From Octopus sinensis (taxonomy: Eukaryota): a stretch of DNA of 64,000 nt. The notes below the pieces were generated by a model. That model searched no databases and was not told the origin of the DNA. It saw only the letters and a list, made by a program, of their open reading frames with translations. The stretch is from NCBI RefSeq assembly GCF_006345805.1, contig NC_043006.1, positions 51,522,001 through 51,586,000 on the forward strand, read 5' to 3'. The first letter of the stretch is position 1, and every line of letters begins with the position of its first letter. Made by a program: the position numbers and the translations under genes. Below are positions 63,289 through 64,000 of this stretch, piece after piece.

Positions 63289-64000
63289 GAGTGTATTTTT
63301 ACCTTGTTAACAATTGACACGGAAAAAATAAATAAATAGTTACCAGGCAGCAAAAATCTCACAAGTAAAGGTGTTGTAACTCCTTGTTTATAAAGGTAGA
63401 AACTTCGTGTTTACGTTGAATATTTTGAATAATATGAATAAAAAAATGGAGTTAACGCAGGTGTAATCAAATATTTTTACTTTTGACACATGTTTCGAAA
63501 ATTCCACTGATACTATTCAAAAGAATAAATGGTATAAACAATGCAATCTTATATATCAGTGGTTCTGTAGTGCTCCTTTTAAGTGGTTATAATTCCTGAC
63601 ACCCACCTAAGTGGCAATTGAAGTATCTTGACTAAACTACCTTAACATGGATGATACCTTATAAATTTTACTCTAAAAATGGATTGTATAAGCTTTTAAC
63701 AATGAAACAATGAAAACAATTAATACAGGCAAAAGTTGTAAATTTACTTTATACATTGCAAATTAACGACTTCCCTGTGACCCTCTCTGTAACTGTTATC
63801 ACCTGATCCAACAATTTGATACCTCTGTAATTATTTTTATCTAAGGCATCACCTTTACTTTTGTAGCAGTTGATTATGGTGCTGTTACATCAGTCATTGG
63901 ATATGAATCCTTTGTGAACCACCTGATTTACAGTACAAGTAACTAGATGAATATCCACCACCAGATATTTTAACCATCTCAGCGGTGATTCCTGATGGGC

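Overview
AT-rich, repeat-dense animal genomic DNA. The SINE/RTE families and the style of the C2H2 genes suggest an octopod cephalopod; this is inference, not a database result. Protein-coding content: three C2H2 zinc-finger genes with single-exon finger arrays (14651-15415 minus, 8 fingers; 24896-26803 plus, 22 fingers; 35544-36320 plus, 9 fingers) and a 9-exon CFAP119/CCDC189-like ciliary gene that I assembled by hand (42716-55140, 289 aa, all splice phases consistent, RFX X-box candidate upstream). The rest is mostly transposon-derived: RTE, CR1, Tx1/L1 and Penelope-like LINE remnants, hAT and mariner fragments and MITEs, several tRNA-derived SINE families, Helitron-like repeats and microsatellites. 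Most notable observations: (1) a ~510-bp, ~95% perfect palindrome at 56566-57076 carrying a minimal type-I hammerhead ribozyme motif in each arm, one per strand, 1.4 kb from a Penelope-like fossil; (2) a second, unrelated hammerhead motif at 51001-51092 in a CFAP119 intron; (3) a 5'-truncated 5S rRNA fused through its U-tail to a 5'-truncated RTE LINE (8471-12208), whose 3' UTR is expanded into a ~2.4-kb tandem array. No cleavage, expression or novelty claim could be tested here. Repeat boundaries are approximate.
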